Shown one piece after another: positions 24,658 to 37,618 of a stretch of DNA of 64,000 nucleotides. Within the stretch, counting starts at the first letter, position 1. Each line of letters starts with the position of its first letter. Source of the stretch: Paramoeba atlantica. Taxonomy: Eukaryota > Protista > Discosea. The notes under the pieces are model-generated. The model was given only the letters and a program-made list of their open reading frames with translations. It searched no databases and had not been told where the DNA came from. The stretch lies in contig CDRNVI010000030.1 of assembly GCA_977017575.1 (NCBI GenBank), forward strand, positions 620,001-684,000. The letters are read 5' to 3'. A program made the position numbers and the translations under genes.

Positions 24658-25994
24658 ATGGTCAACCAGGACATTGCTCAGCATTTTTTGGTAGCGAATT
24701 CGATCCATCAGACGAAGAAAAGTCAGCCGTCCTCGAAAGGTTTAGCGACGGACGAGCGCGAATGGCTTTTTGACAACACTCGAGGTGCATGTAAAAATGC
24801 ACTAGTTATGGAGAGATTTTTGGATCAATTTGGACGAGTAATTTCGGCTGCTTGCGTTTCTTAATATAAGGGCATGCGCTCAGTAGTCGCGGCCGGCGTG
24901 GCCTACTTACGGGAGAGGAATCTTCACTTGTCCAAGCTTTCGACAAAATGAGGGAGCAAGCTGTCCCAGTGTACGCGGCTCTTGTAGCTAGTGTGGCCCG
25001 CGGTATCAAAGAGCAATCTTCCCCGAAATCCACATCCCTAAAGAGGGGTCCTCTGAAGTTTTCGCTATCATGGGCAAAGGACTGGATGAAGCAAAATAAC
25101 ATTCGTGTCCGCCACGCTACTAGCGATCGAACTGTTACGCCGAATGAAGTTGTTGAGGCATCTAAAACATTCTTTTCACAGCTTGAAAGCTATAAAAATC
25201 GTTGCGAAAAAGGGCTTGTGTTTAACACAGACGAATTCTTTGTGTGTCTGGGATTAGGACAAGCAAATGCCACTTGGACCTGGGAACGCATTGATCCAGG
25301 CGAGTCCCGCACAATTTCAGTTCGTCGTGAAAAGCAGGGTTTCACTTGCAACGTTCTTTCATCTGCAGCTGGAGAAATCAAAATGTTACAGTTTATATTC
25401 CAGGGAACGAGTCGCGTATTCGTCAATGTTGGTAGCGACCCACGTGTTCTACAATGTGCCCCGAAAGGATCTCATTTTCAAGACGCCTCGACGTGGGCAA
25501 CTTTTTTGAGTCGCTTTAAGGAGAGACTTGCCTCCGAACGTGAAGCTATGAAGAAGCCCGTTGCCCCCGCCCTTTTGATTATTGATGAAGCCACTCAGCA
25601 TAGTGGTACTGATGAGATTCTTATTGGTTCTTCTTGCGACGTAGTTCGTATTCCCAAGAAAATGACGCATGTCTTTCAACCTGCAGATCAGTTTGTAATC
25701 TCTGGCCTAAAACAACGCGCTATTCAGCTCTACAACGATGATGTATCCCGCATCTTTGCGCGTTCCGACCTCAATTCAGCCATCTCCAACGTTATTTGCA
25801 CATCGCGAACACTTTTCCGAGAGAAAAAAGTGTCGTACATTGTGCAGGCTATGCAAGAACTTCCCCAAGCTCAGATTATGGCCTCCTGGGAAATAACCGA
25901 AATTCCAGTGGTGTTATTTGGCAGCAAAAAAAACCGACCGTCACGTCTCGATGCCTACAAGCATTTGCAAACTCATTTACATATGTCTACGTAG
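24658..25994 (+). pseudogene. pogo/Tigger-like (CENP-B HTH plus DDE_1) transposase, lesion near 24860
   Basis: FSLSWAKDWMK, FNTDE, LLIIDEATQH and THVFQPADQ motifs. A downstream frame (25918-26331) carries an AT-hook-like RKRGRPRK. Confidence 0.85.
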
Positions 25995-28359
25995 TGGTGC
26001 GATTTTCTTGGATGATGAAGGTTCCGACGAAATTAATACCTCATCCATGGGGAACGCAGAAGGGGACGTCAATATAATAGAAGAGAACGAAAATTCGACA
26101 GCAAACGCCACAATCGAAAGAAGCGCACCTGGAGAAAAGCGAAAACGCGGCCGACCTCGTAAGGTACTCTCAACTGAAGAACTGGAACTCCAGAGACGAG
26201 AGGCTGAAGATATCACGAATCTACGCCAGCGACTTCGTGGAATGACGCGAAGACAAAAGGAGCGCTATAAATCCGCTCAGAGTCTGACGTTTACTCCTCT
26301 CTCATCGTACGGAATCGGTCCTAAAGTTTAGTTGCTGTGACTCCCCTTTTGATGAGCACCTCCAAAATATTTTTGAGTGTATTGAATTTTCTGATGGTAT
26401 TGAATTGTGAAAGTGCGCAATAACATTTACTCAGATTTTATGCTGATATTTTGTGGGTTTTTTTCCATGTTTTGTTCTATCGGTCTACACTTTTTCCCCG
26501 CACTAGATATTAAAATGAAATATTTTAACGCGCGCCCTTTTTTTTATTCACCTTTGTACGCAACATTAGCTGCATTGTTTTAATACATGCATTGCTTTTA
26601 TCTACCAATAAGAGTACAATGATAAATTCTCTGTTGGAATGCACCCTCGCACCATTTCACTCCTACCTGACGAAGGCCATGAGACGAGCAACCCGCCAGC
26701 CCACGGTAGTCAATAAGAACGTGAAAACACTACGACGGGCGCTTAATTTCCCACAGCCCAAGATTTGCGCATGTACACATTTCTACAAAAATTATTGGCA
26801 CAAAAATTGAATTTAAAATTAAAAGTTGTCCGGCTTCGACACCAATTAAAAATTCAATAATTTTTGGCGGCAGTTTCGCAAAGACCGTTGAGCGAACCTT
26901 CTGTTAAGTGAACTCGGCAAGAATCCAAAACTGCAATGCCGCGCTCAAGGTGGAGCTGTCCCAATTTATGTTTCAAAGAAGGAAGAAATTTATTTTGATA
27001 AAATTCAGCGTTCACAACACCCTTGGGTGTCCAGGCCCTCCAATGTGAATAATAAAAAATGTGAATAACAACTGTATTTGTGAATAATAACTGTACTTGT
27101 GAATAATAAAAAATGTGAATAATAACTGTGAGGGGGGTCTACTTTTTTGTCTATCTGATGAACCTTCACCTGCACGCTCGGCCGATAAGGCAGACTTTCC
27201 TTGTTCATCCAGAGCTCGCCACATGTTCTTAATGAGGAGAGACATGGGACGCTCATCGTCTGGATGAAGAGCTGTCTTGAAATGATAAAGCGCGAGGAAA
27301 CGTGATGCACGAATATAGGCATCTTGCGGCCCCATTTTTTTGCACGTAGTTCCTTGCCAAAGAATTTAGGCGACATCATCGGAAGTCAGCTGTTTCATGC
27401 ACAACCTGTATTTACTGTATGTGCAGCAAACCCGTTGTGCGCTTTCCACATTGATGCCCACGGCACTCAGCTTTTCCTTGAATGCACGAGATATCTCCTC
27501 AATATTTTTAGGAGCGGTACATACGGGACATACAGGTGTAAACTTCCATCTGGGGGGGGTCTAAAATGGTTGTTCTTTAATCTTCCCTGGCAAAGCATAA
27601 GAACGGGCGTTCGAAACACCATGAGAATTCCTTGAGCGAAGTCGCTTTTGGGGCGTAAAATGGGACAAAAATGAAAAATTGCCATATTTTCACAAGAAAA
27701 AAAACATGTTTTTTTCTCATCTGGTTAAATCTTTCAAGCCGAGCGTTCCGAATACGCCAAAGACATACAACTCTGCGAGATCTCTCCAATGCGCTATTAT
27801 TTTCCAAAATTGGACAATTTTTACAAAATTTAGATCCCCCCCAGATGGAAACCTGTATGTTGGCGGTGGCGGGCACGTTTTTGTAGTTACAGCGCAGGCA
27901 TGTCTCTACATCCACAATGGTAGATGCTGTGTCTTCTGGTGCTTGACACACGAGACAGCGCCTAGGCGCCAACACGGAAAAAAAACGTTTTCTTTTCGCA
28001 TTCCGCACAATACAGCTGCGGAAGAGAATCTTGCCCAGACATAGCTACAGAGGAGGAAATCATGATACAGAGTTTGCTTGGTAAATTATTTTCTCTTCTT
28101 TTGTATTCAGAAACGTAATCTCAAAGAGTACCAATTTCAAAAATATTAATTAAAGAAAGATTTTTTTTGAAAATAATTTACCCAGTGCAACCTGTGCTAC
28201 CCAGTGTTACCCATAGAAACTTCTAAAAAGGCGAACTTGTAGAAGGTCCAATTACGGGACACTTTTGACCAAAAAGGGAGTATCCCTTAATTAAGGTGTC
28301 CCGTAATAATGTTACGCACTGTACATTTAGAAATTCTTCCTTACCAAAATTTGAGGTAA

Positions 28360-28681
28360 TTAATTATTTGCCAATAGTGGGTGATTGCCAATAGTGGGTG
28401 AATTTGACAATAGTGGGTGATTTCCAATAGTGGGTGATTACCAATAGTGGGTGTACCTCCCCTTTAATTATTTGCCAATAGTGGGTGATTACCAATAGTG
28501 GGTGAGTTTGCCAATAGTGGGTGATTTCCAATAGTGGGTGATTTCCAATAGTGGGTGATTACCAATAGTGGGTGTACCTCCCTTTAATTATTTGCCAATA
28601 GTGGGTGATTGACAATAGTGGGTGAATTTGCCAATAGTGGGTGATTTCCAAGAGTGGGCGATTGCCAATAGTGGGTGTACC
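28360..28681. repeat. Minisatellite CCAATAGTGGGTGATT in three higher-order blocks
   Basis: Each block starts TTAATTATTTG and ends GTGGGTGTACC. Confidence 0.9.
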
Positions 28682-29628
28682 CCCGCTTTATATCCTTACT
28701 TTTCTTCAATTCTTTACTTTTGGTAGCCCATACATACATAAAAATTAGTCATCCGCTGCCATCCAGTGCCATCCAGATCTTTATAGTGTCCATTCGTTCC
28801 TGATCTTAGGTTTCTCATGTCTCTGCTGTGACTCATTGCGAATGTCCGGTTGGGCTGCTCATCTGAAGGTTGGACGCCTTCATCGGATAGATTTTCCGAT
28901 GAGTGTTCGGGAGCGCCTCTTGAGTCGTAGGAACTGCTTTCATCGCGTTTTTGTAATTTGCTTCAGTGCCATTTTTCAAAAATTTGAGAGATTAAAAGCC
29001 ATGTAAATAATAAAAGTGTGTAAATATTAAGTGGGAGGGGGGTTTATTCTTTTCATCTCCCTCGCTCACTTTAGCCTGTTTTTTTGATGAAAAAATAAGG
29101 AAAAATGAGAATCCATTCAATTTTTACGAAAAAAAGAGCTGCCAACGTGCACCAGGTCAATTCTGAAAATAGTGAAGAAAATTCGCAAAGAAGTGCTTTT
29201 TTACGCGGCAGTGTGCAACTGACCATTCTCAAAATTGGGACTTTTACTGTATACAACCACCGCAATTATCCAGAAATAAATGCTATCGTAAATACCTCTT
29301 CACCTGGAAACATGGTTCAGGCACACAACATTGTCTTCACCCGGTACATTTGCCCAAATGGTTTCCACGTAAACTATAACTTAACCACGTAAACATTAAC
29401 TTAACCGCAGACTGTAAGATAAAATTCGCAATGGCAAGAAAAATTCCCAGACGCCAGAATCGTGCTGTATTCGCACGGACAGACGATAAAGTGAAGGCGT
29501 GTGCGGAAAGTTTCTACAGAAGATTTGCGAAAGCTCGTTCAATGGACTCTGTTGCAAAGCTCGATTTTTCTTGTGTAAAATCTTTAGATCCTAGGTGTAA
29601 ATATTCGACGTTACACGCTGTGTACTGC

Positions 29629-30531
29629 TTATCCATGTAGCTCATAATTCGATATGGCTTGATGGGGCCTTCCGTCGAAACCACAGTAACCGAAGTGTAG
29701 TACAGGTACCGAGACACCAGAGACTAGATTACCTTCATGATTATGAACACGGAGTAAGTCAAAATGAGTACCATGTTGTGTCTGACACTTTACGAGATAA
29801 GGAGTATCATTCTTTGTAACCTGCACAGATTCTTGCACTAACCTAGGGCTGAATTGAAAGACGGGACGGTCAGAGGTAAATGTACTCCGAGCAGCGACAA
29901 AGCGGGCTGCGTTAAACACAACACCAGTACTCCCGTGAGGTCCAGGTATCCCCCGCGTGTTTCGGTGAAACAATGAGGCAACCTCTTCGTTCAATATAGT
30001 AGAGGTATACTGTGCACAGTAAATATTTTCGAAACGCTTTTTACCAAATAACAACCACCACAGACCCTTGGCTCTATCCTCTATAGGAGTCGAACAGGAC
30101 ACGTGTATAGGACAACGATGATGTAGAGAGGAGGGAAGGATATCAAGCAGATGCAGTCGCATGTTGCGTAGGATATGTTCTGTCGTGTGGTTAGGAGTTT
30201 CCGAAAAAAGCGCATGAGTACATTGCGCTAAAGAGAATGTAGAATCTAACGCGGTCCAACAAAGTTCAGCTTCAATTTTGAGATGTGGTACCTCCGAACG
30301 GTTGAGCAAAGCGCGAAATGGCTCAAATAACATGCTGAGCGGATGCTTTTGGCGAGGCGTAATTCTACTATACGGACTAGGAAACGGAAATTTGATTTCT
30401 TGATAAGAAATGACGCAAGGGATGCCGCAGGTAAGAGGTATTGTCATCCATTTGTTCTTTCGTATCCACGGAGTGTCAAGGGTCAGGTAATCCCATGTGG
30501 GAAGTCGGACAGGTGTTCTTCCAGGAATCAT
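29629..30531 (-). CDS. Hypothetical protein (300 aa), no recognised domain
   Basis: Long ORF in non-repetitive sequence, on the same strand as the host genes. Confidence 0.4.
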   Translation of the reverse strand: MIPGRTPVRLPTWDYLTLDTPWIRKNKWMTIPLTCGIPCVISYQEIKFPFPSPYSRITPRQKHPLSMLFEPFRALLNRSEVPHLKIEAELCWTALDSTFSLAQCTHALFSETPNHTTEHILRNMRLHLLDILPSSLHHRCPIHVSCSTPIEDRAKGLWWLLFGKKRFENIYCAQYTSTILNEEVASLFHRNTRGIPGPHGSTGVVFNAARFVAARSTFTSDRPVFQFSPRLVQESVQVTKNDTPYLVKCQTQHGTHFDLLRVHNHEGNLVSGVSVPVLHFGYCGFDGRPHQAISNYELHG

Positions 30532-31206
30532 TTTATAAGGGCTTAAAATAAAAAAAGCAAAGCGTAAAAATAAAAAGAAATAGAGATACCGTGACCCCCC
30601 CTTAGTTATCTGTCATTTTTGGTCCAAAATTTTTTTGATAAGTAGCGTACGTATCGAAAAAACTGCTCAAAGGGATGACTTATCCAAAAATCTCTGATCT
30701 CGAAATTTAGTAATCTGCTGGGGTCTTCAAGTTTTTTTTAGCACCACATGCTGCAGCATCAGTGAGTATGAATATACGAAACCCTTATACGCTCACAGTT
30801 GGGCCTTGCTCGCAAACGGGGACTTTTGCCTCCAGAAGTGGGCTTCGCTGACAGTTGGGCCTTGCTCGCAGACGGGGGCGTTGATTGCAGACTTGGGCTT
30901 CGCTGACAGAACGCACTGCCCGTTCGATGAATTTTCATCGAATGCCCCCCCTGCCCCGCACCCTCAGGGGAGACACCCCATTACAGGGTACTCGCTCCCT
31001 ACACACTCTCTGCACCATCCTATATAATAAATCCTAATAAAATCCTAATAAAATGTCGGCATGGGTTTCGCGCTGCAGCTCCTATAAATTTCGAACACTC
31101 ATTCAGATGAGTGGCTGCGGGTGGGGAGGTTTCACGAGGTTTCACCCGTAGCCCCTCAGATATGCAAAAGGAAAAAGAAATAAAAAATACAAAAAAATGC
31201 GAATAA

Positions 31207-32078
31207 TTTTAGGCTCTTCGTTAAACGCGGTGGTTGTTTTCAACTTAGAAGTCACTCATGCTGCGCGCTTCGCGTTGAAAACTACCGACGCGTTTAACGA
31301 GGAGCCTAAAAAAGAAAATTTAGCCTGGAAAACGGGAAGATTATAGCTAAAAATAGCCGAATTTCGGGTAAAAATTGGGTGATTTTCGCGTATTTTTGCT
31401 GTCAGAGCACTAAATCCGACATTTGCGCGTGGGAAATCACTAGTAGGCATGAATGGAAGCCTACTGAACGTATTGGGTAGAGAGTGCGACTCCAACCATA
31501 CCATTCTTTCGACACAAAAATGCCCCTTTAGCTCCGAAAAATACCTTTTCACCTTTTTTAGTCAAAAATGGGTCATTTTGAGGGGCGCACCACGGTTCGA
31601 AGAAGGGATACCTTGCGAAAACAACTGCGGAGAAAGCTAGTGTAGGTCCCAAACTATCAAAATACAATAGGGGAAACGATTTTGGAAAAATATTTTTTTA
31701 CCATTTTTTCCGCCAAGTTGAACTTTTTTTTTCCGAAAAATTTCGAACTCGGCGGACCCCTCCTGCGGATACGCAGGGGGGTCACCCCCGGGTAGGGGGG
31801 TGGAAAATGCGCGCCAAGACCCCGGCTACCCTTTCTGCGGTTTTTTTTCGAAAACTAATTTTTTCGAAAAAATTTGCTCGACCATGATCCCCCCCTGGAC
31901 CCCCCCCCCTGGACCCCCCATTTTTTTCAATTTTTTTTTTCAGTTTTGGTCCACCGGAGCCCCCTTTTATATTTTTTTCTTCTATTATATTACTGTGTTC
32001 CTCTTTATATTTTCACTGTTTTTGTTCACTTAGTTTTCAATAATCGAGGGTAGAGCGGTAGTTTTACAACCACCGCAA
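31207..32078 (-). repeat. Repeat A, full copy (an internally deleted copy follows at 32154-32582)
   Basis: Both ends present. AAAAAAATGCGAATAAT occurs on both flanks. Confidence 0.92.
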
Positions 32079-33097
32079 TGGTGTATTTGCGAATAATAAG
32101 TGTATTGCGAATAATAAAAAAAATGCGAATAATACCTGTATAGTTGGTTTAAAAGGCTCTTCGTTAAACGCGGTGGTTGTTTTCAACTTAGAAGTCACTC
32201 ATGCTGCGCGCTTCGCATTGAAAACTACCACCGCGTTTCAAAAAAAAGTTTCCGAAAAAATCCGAACTTGACAGATCCGTCCTGCGGATACGAGGGGGGG
32301 TCACCTCCGGGTAGGGGGGTGGAAAATGCGCGCCAAGACCCCGGCTACCCCTTCTGCTATTTTGTTTCGAAAAGTAATTTTTTCAAAAAAAATTCGTGCG
32401 GTATGCCCCCCCCTGGACTCCCCAAGGGTTCGATTTTTTTTGAAAATTTTTGGACCACCGGAGCCCCTTTTATATTTTGTTCTTCTATTATATTACTGTG
32501 TTCCTCTTTATATTTTCACTGTTTTTGCTCACTTTCTTTTTCAATAATCGAGGGTAGAGCGGTAGTTATACAACCACCGCAATTATTAGTCTAATAACTG
32601 TGTACACTGTATCTCCCTGCACGAAGTTCTCTCCGAGCTAGCAAGATCAAAGACAATTCTAAACTACTCTGTATATTTTAGTTTAAAGTAGCTACAGGGG
32701 GGAAATTAAGTTATGTCAACAAAAGTCGTGTTAATTTCTGAGATTAGCACGACTTATGTTGACACATCTTATGTTGCGACAACATATGTTCACTTTTTTA
32801 CCAAACTTTACCAATTCTTATTGTTTGTTAGAAAAACACGCCCATTGAAGAACAGTTTCATTTAGTCACTCATTTTACAAAGAAAATTGGAAACTTCAAA
32901 CGCAATAAAATATTTATTAGAGCACGGGTCCATGTACAGAAGATTCCAAAAATATATATTACAATTTACAAAAGACAATTACCAATCAATCGAGTGACAT
33001 TTTGTAGCGGAACTCGCGCTCTTTAGCCGCTCGGACTATCAAAGGTGACCGTTTTAAGATGTGTCATCATGAACTTTTCCTCTAGGAAAGAAGGGTA

Positions 33098-33462
33098 CAG
33101 TGCGGGATTTTATTACGGGACACGCTAATTACGGGACAACTCAATTACGGGACAACTCAATTACGGGACACTTAATTAAGGGACACTTGGGTCTTGGAGT
33201 GAGTTTCGCTCCCACTTCCTGGAACGAAGTGTGTAGGATCAGGCTAGGCCGGCGTATTCTCCGCAAAACAGTTTTACATGCCCAAATAAGCAGTGTATAA
33301 AAATAACAAAAAATATAACAACAGAACCTTTAGTACAATCACTCACTACATTTCACAGATCATCTCACAGGTCAAAGCTAAGGGACACTTAATTACGGGA
33401 CACTTTTGACCAAAAAGGGGGTCTCCCTTAATTAAGGTATCCCGTAATAATGTTCCGCACTG
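33098..33462. mobile_element. Tc1/mariner-type MITE, TA TSD
   Basis: TA|CAGTGCGG...ATTACGGGA and TCCCGTAAT...CCGCACTG|TA, with subterminal ATTACGGGACA repeats. A related right end lies at ~28252-28322. Confidence 0.8.
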
Positions 33463-33676
33463 TACTGCTTTGGGGTCTCTATGGAATTTAGGTCGCCCAA
33501 GACCTTCGCTTCAAGGGGGGTGAGCAAATATGCATCCATTTTTTAAAAAAAGAAAACAAAATCTATTTTTTAACATACTTTTGTTCCTCACCACCTTTTT
33601 CGCATTAACACGACTTTTGTTGACACAACTTTTGTTGCTTCGACTTTGTTGCGATAACCTTTTTTCCCCCCTGTAA

Positions 33677-36079
33677 TTAGCAAGCATTAACCACTTCCTG
33701 TACCAATGTTAAGACCGAATCAAAGGCAAGATGGGAAAGCCTACACCAGTACGGAGCCAAACAGCCGATACCTCTATGTATTGAAGGAGTCGAAATGCCG
33801 TAAAGAACTTTACAATATTGAATAGGAGAAAGGGTCAACTCCTTTGCACTTTTTACCAAAGAACGTACACACGATTCATTCTCATTGCTGATTGTTTGGG
33901 AGTTAAGCATGTACATATAATTATCGGAAATATCATCTTCGCCAGAACAACTTGGGCGAAGAGAACTCATGTAATGACTCAAAGACTCGTGAGATTTTTC
34001 AGAATCTTGATTCAAGAAAAGCGAAAGCAATATTCGGTAAAGTTTATCTAATCGTGTGAAATCCAAAGCTCTACGATCAGAAAGCGCACGAACGAGATTA
34101 CGAGATAGAAAGCTTAGTGTATCAACTTGAACATCATTTGAGAGAACTACACTAGGTAGTGGACGGTAAAATCGTACGTAAAGATTTCGTTCTTTTGCGT
34201 ACTGCCGCAATCGCTCGGATAAATTGTCGTACTGCAGTTGGGTAACACAGCAAGCATGATAGAGATCAATTTGTTGAGCGGCCCCAGTTTGAAGAGCGCC
34301 TTCGAGTTCTTGCATATAGGATAAGAAATAATCGGGAATAGCTAGTTGATTAAGAATTGAACTAACCCCTATATCCTTTGTACACGCGGATGACAGAATA
34401 GATTTACGGAAGGATTGGCTGCGACGAGCGCAAAGTGTCGCAAGTGAAGCACGACAGGGACCAATTCGTAGAGCAGAGGGCAACATGCGATATAAGATAT
34501 AACATATTCCCATGACGTGGGATTCATCCACGTCCGCTACAACAGAGAGATCAGAAACATCAAGTGCGGCTTCAAAAGGATATTGAACTTTGCTCCTCTG
34601 ATGGGAGGGTTTCATCAATCGTACGCAAAGTGCCTCGGCATGCGGACAATCCAAAGCAGGGGCAATAAAGCGCCTGAGATGATTGGCATAGGTTGCACGA
34701 TCTATAATAACATGACAGTGTGAAATCTTACCGTCACGCCCAGCGCGTCCGATTTCTTGAATATATTCCTCTATGGAAGAGGGCATGTAAAAGTGAATTA
34801 CGGCCCGAACGTCCGGTTTGTGAATACCCATACCGAACGCTACGGTGGCCACGACGATTTGTGTATCATTCTTAAGAAACGATGATTGACATTCCATACG
34901 ATTTTTGCGCGACATACCCGCATGATAACATCGAGCCAGAAAAGTGTGCTGCTTCGCCAAAAATGTCGCTACCTCTTCCGACAGTCGCTGTGTTGATACA
35001 TATATAATTATGGATTCTGACGAATTAACGCTTTGAAGAATCGAAAGCAGCAAATCAAGCCTTTTTTGGAATAGAAACGAATTTTCCACGAAAACAGAGC
35101 CGTATGCGGAAGTATCCAATAGGTGAGAATGTAAAAGTAAATTGGTGCGTAGTGAGAGCTGAGAAACCACTGAGCACGGCTTCAACATACGTTGCAGGTC
35201 TTGCGTCACTCGGCAAGTAGCAGTGGCCGTCGTTGCCAATATAGGCTTTGTAGCCGTCAAAATTTCTTGGATACGTGAACACAAGCCCAAATAGCTAGGG
35301 CGAAACTCGTAACCCCACTGGCTAATACAATGAGCCTCATCAACACAAACAAAGGCGCATAACTCGCGAATCTGAAGCAGTCCCTGAAGAAATATTTGAT
35401 CGGTCGAAAAGCGTTCCGGTGAAGTAAATACTACGGCACACTTTCTCGAGCGTATGTTATTAAAAACATTTTCCGTTTTTCGCGAACCTGTCAGCACTAC
35501 ACCAGGAATAGAAGCAGGGAGATGACCAACTTGGTCATGCATCAACGAAACTAGAGGAGAAATCACTAAGCAGAAACACGAAGGATGGTGCTCTCGAAGG
35601 ATGGCCACTGGAAGTTGATAACATAATGACTTTCCCGAACCCGTGGGCAACAATGCAATCACAGAGCGACCATGTAGAACAGATTGAACTACCTCCAGCT
35701 GTCCCGGTAGAAAATCATCAAATCGAAAATACGTTTTAAGTTTTTCCCGAAGGTGTTCTATTGTAAGCGATGTTACAGTGAGTAATGGATGAGCAGTAGA
35801 TAAAGTGTTTTTCTGATCGTTGCAACTGTCGTGCGGTAACTCTGCACACGAGGAATCGTGAGTTGCGTTCGTGAATTCCACGTTTTGTACGAATTTTGAC
35901 TGCTCTTTTGAATTCGATCTCCTTTTTCTTCTTTTCGGAGAAGAAACAGACTCGAATATTTCATTTTCTTCTATGGAAGACGTCGGTACCACATGCGATA
36001 CAGAATTATCAATACTAGGGGAATATACGTCTGAATGGTGCAAATGAGCTGCGCCTGGAAGGATAAGAGAATTTGTCAT
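33677..36079 (-). CDS. RECQL4: RecQ-family ATP-dependent DNA helicase, RECQL4-like
   Basis: LPTGSGKSLCYQ, DEAHCISQWGYEFRPSY, VATVAFGMG, QEIGRAGRDG. C-terminal LYGI.TP...W motif is RecQ4-like. Intronless, with a pyrimidine tract plus AG just upstream. Confidence 0.88.
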   Translation of the reverse strand: MTNSLILPGAAHLHHSDVYSPSIDNSVSHVVPTSSIEENEIFESVSSPKRRKRRSNSKEQSKFVQNVEFTNATHDSSCAELPHDSCNDQKNTLSTAHPLLTVTSLTIEHLREKLKTYFRFDDFLPGQLEVVQSVLHGRSVIALLPTGSGKSLCYQLPVAILREHHPSCFCLVISPLVSLMHDQVGHLPASIPGVVLTGSRKTENVFNNIRSRKCAVVFTSPERFSTDQIFLQGLLQIRELCAFVCVDEAHCISQWGYEFRPSYLGLCSRIQEILTATKPILATTATATCRVTQDLQRMLKPCSVVSQLSLRTNLLLHSHLLDTSAYGSVFVENSFLFQKRLDLLLSILQSVNSSESIIIYVSTQRLSEEVATFLAKQHTFLARCYHAGMSRKNRMECQSSFLKNDTQIVVATVAFGMGIHKPDVRAVIHFYMPSSIEEYIQEIGRAGRDGKISHCHVIIDRATYANHLRRFIAPALDCPHAEALCVRLMKPSHQRSKVQYPFEAALDVSDLSVVADVDESHVMGICYILYRMLPSALRIGPCRASLATLCARRSQSFRKSILSSACTKDIGVSSILNQLAIPDYFLSYMQELEGALQTGAAQQIDLYHACCVTQLQYDNLSERLRQYAKERNLYVRFYRPLPSVVLSNDVQVDTLSFLSRNLVRALSDRRALDFTRLDKLYRILLSLFLNQDSEKSHESLSHYMSSLRPSCSGEDDISDNYMYMLNSQTISNENESCVRSLVKSAKELTLSPIQYCKVLYGISTPSIHRGIGCLAPYWCRLSHLAFDSVLTLVQEVVNAC

Positions 36080-36264
36080 TGTAGCTGGGGTGGTCTAATA
36101 AAAACAAAACCATAATCCGAGATCAGTATAATATTCATACCTACCGGTCTAGCAAAAAATTAGACATTTTTTTTAATTTGGCCCTTCGAGCTCGAAGAAG
36201 AAGTCGGACCAATGTTTGCGGACCAAAATTACTGTGGATCAAAATTATTGGGGCCAAAGGTTTC

Positions 36265-37618
36265 GGTGGAATTAACCCAATATTGCACAAAAAATATTTT
36301 TTTTTTCCTCAATTTTTTAACACTTTTCCAATTTTTCTTTTCGTCTCGTAAAAACATTAGACATCCTTTTTTAGCATATTTTTGTTCATTTTTATCTTAC
36401 AACAGCCATTTCCGCACGACTTACGAAAATTTTACTCCGGTTTGCGCAAGATGCCCGGATATTTCTTGTGCTCAGAGCATGGTCATAAGCAAAGTTGGCT
36501 CCTGGGATGCAGGTGACTGCATTTTATGGCTCAGGGGGCACAAACTAATAGGTCAAACCGTGAAATGTAAACGAGGACATTAACAAACCACGCGTGTTAT
36601 CAAGGGGGGAGGGGAGCGATGGGTATGTCCCGTGCGTACTTGTCGCGCCCGCTACGCGCTGGAGTCTCCTCTTCTCTCCTCTAAATGTCGACTCACCCCC
36701 ACACAAGTTATCCTAGGCCACATGTGAACGAGGACATGTGTTATCAAGGGGGGAGGGGGGCGATGGGTATGTCCCGTGCGTACTTGTCGCGCCCGCTACG
36801 CGCTGGAGTCTCCTCTTCTCTCCTCTAAATGTCGACTCACCCCCACACAAGTTATCCTAAGCCTCATTGGGTATTCAAGCTCAATGAAAGAAAAGGATGT
36901 AGCCGAAGAGTGCGGGCTCTCTGAACAAGCGACGTGCAGGTTTCGTCAGATGTTGGACCACATCATGTCGTGGGCTCACCAATATCGAAGACAAGAGGCG
37001 GAGGGAACCCTTGACTTTATGCAAGTGGACGAAACGTTTTTTTCCAAGATTAAAGTAGGAGGGACTAACCGTAATCGTAGAGTCCGTCAGGCAGGAAGCG
37101 ACATTGCACAAACTCTATGCGAAACCTCCAGGGATGGTAAGCTAAAAGAAATTTTTACCACGCCTGTCTCGGATAAAAAAGGAGAAACTTTGATTCCGCT
37201 TGTGGCTGAGATGGCTCGCGGCCACGAACCAGGATATGGACGGATGGGGCGGGACACAATGCTCCAGGCTTCGCCGAACATTATCGATTGAAACAAGTGA
37301 TCCATCGGGATGAACGGGTGACAGAAGACGGGGTTCATACTAACACGGTGGAAGGGGCAAATTCTATGCTTAAAAAGCGATTGACATCCGAGGGGGGAGT
37401 CTGGGAAGAAATGAGGACTCTCGAGAGGCACGCCTGCGTGTTATAGCCGAAAAGTGGAACGGTTCGTTAAAAAAGTATCAAAAATACCCCCGAAAAAGAA
37501 TATTTGAGGACATACAATACTTCTTTTCAGAGATAATTTTGTGTTAGGCATTTGCTTTCATCGAAAATTTCAAAATACATTTTTTTTCGAAAGTGTGCAA
37601 TATTGGGTTAATCTGACC
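36265..37618 (+). mobile_element. Merlin transposon, frameshifted transposase (36776-~37400), internal ~127 bp tandem duplication
   Basis: TIR core ATTAACCCAATATTGCACA at 36271-36289 and 37594-37612. QVDETFF, then WTDG and HTNTVEG in a shifted frame. Flanks AAGGTTTC/AATTTTTC may be a decayed 8-bp TSD. Confidence 0.8.

Noticed and set aside
27324-27685. Possible PIF1/Helitron helicase remnant that could mobilise Repeat A
   Set aside because: Resemblance is limited to a few residues, with no Walker A or HUH motif visible.
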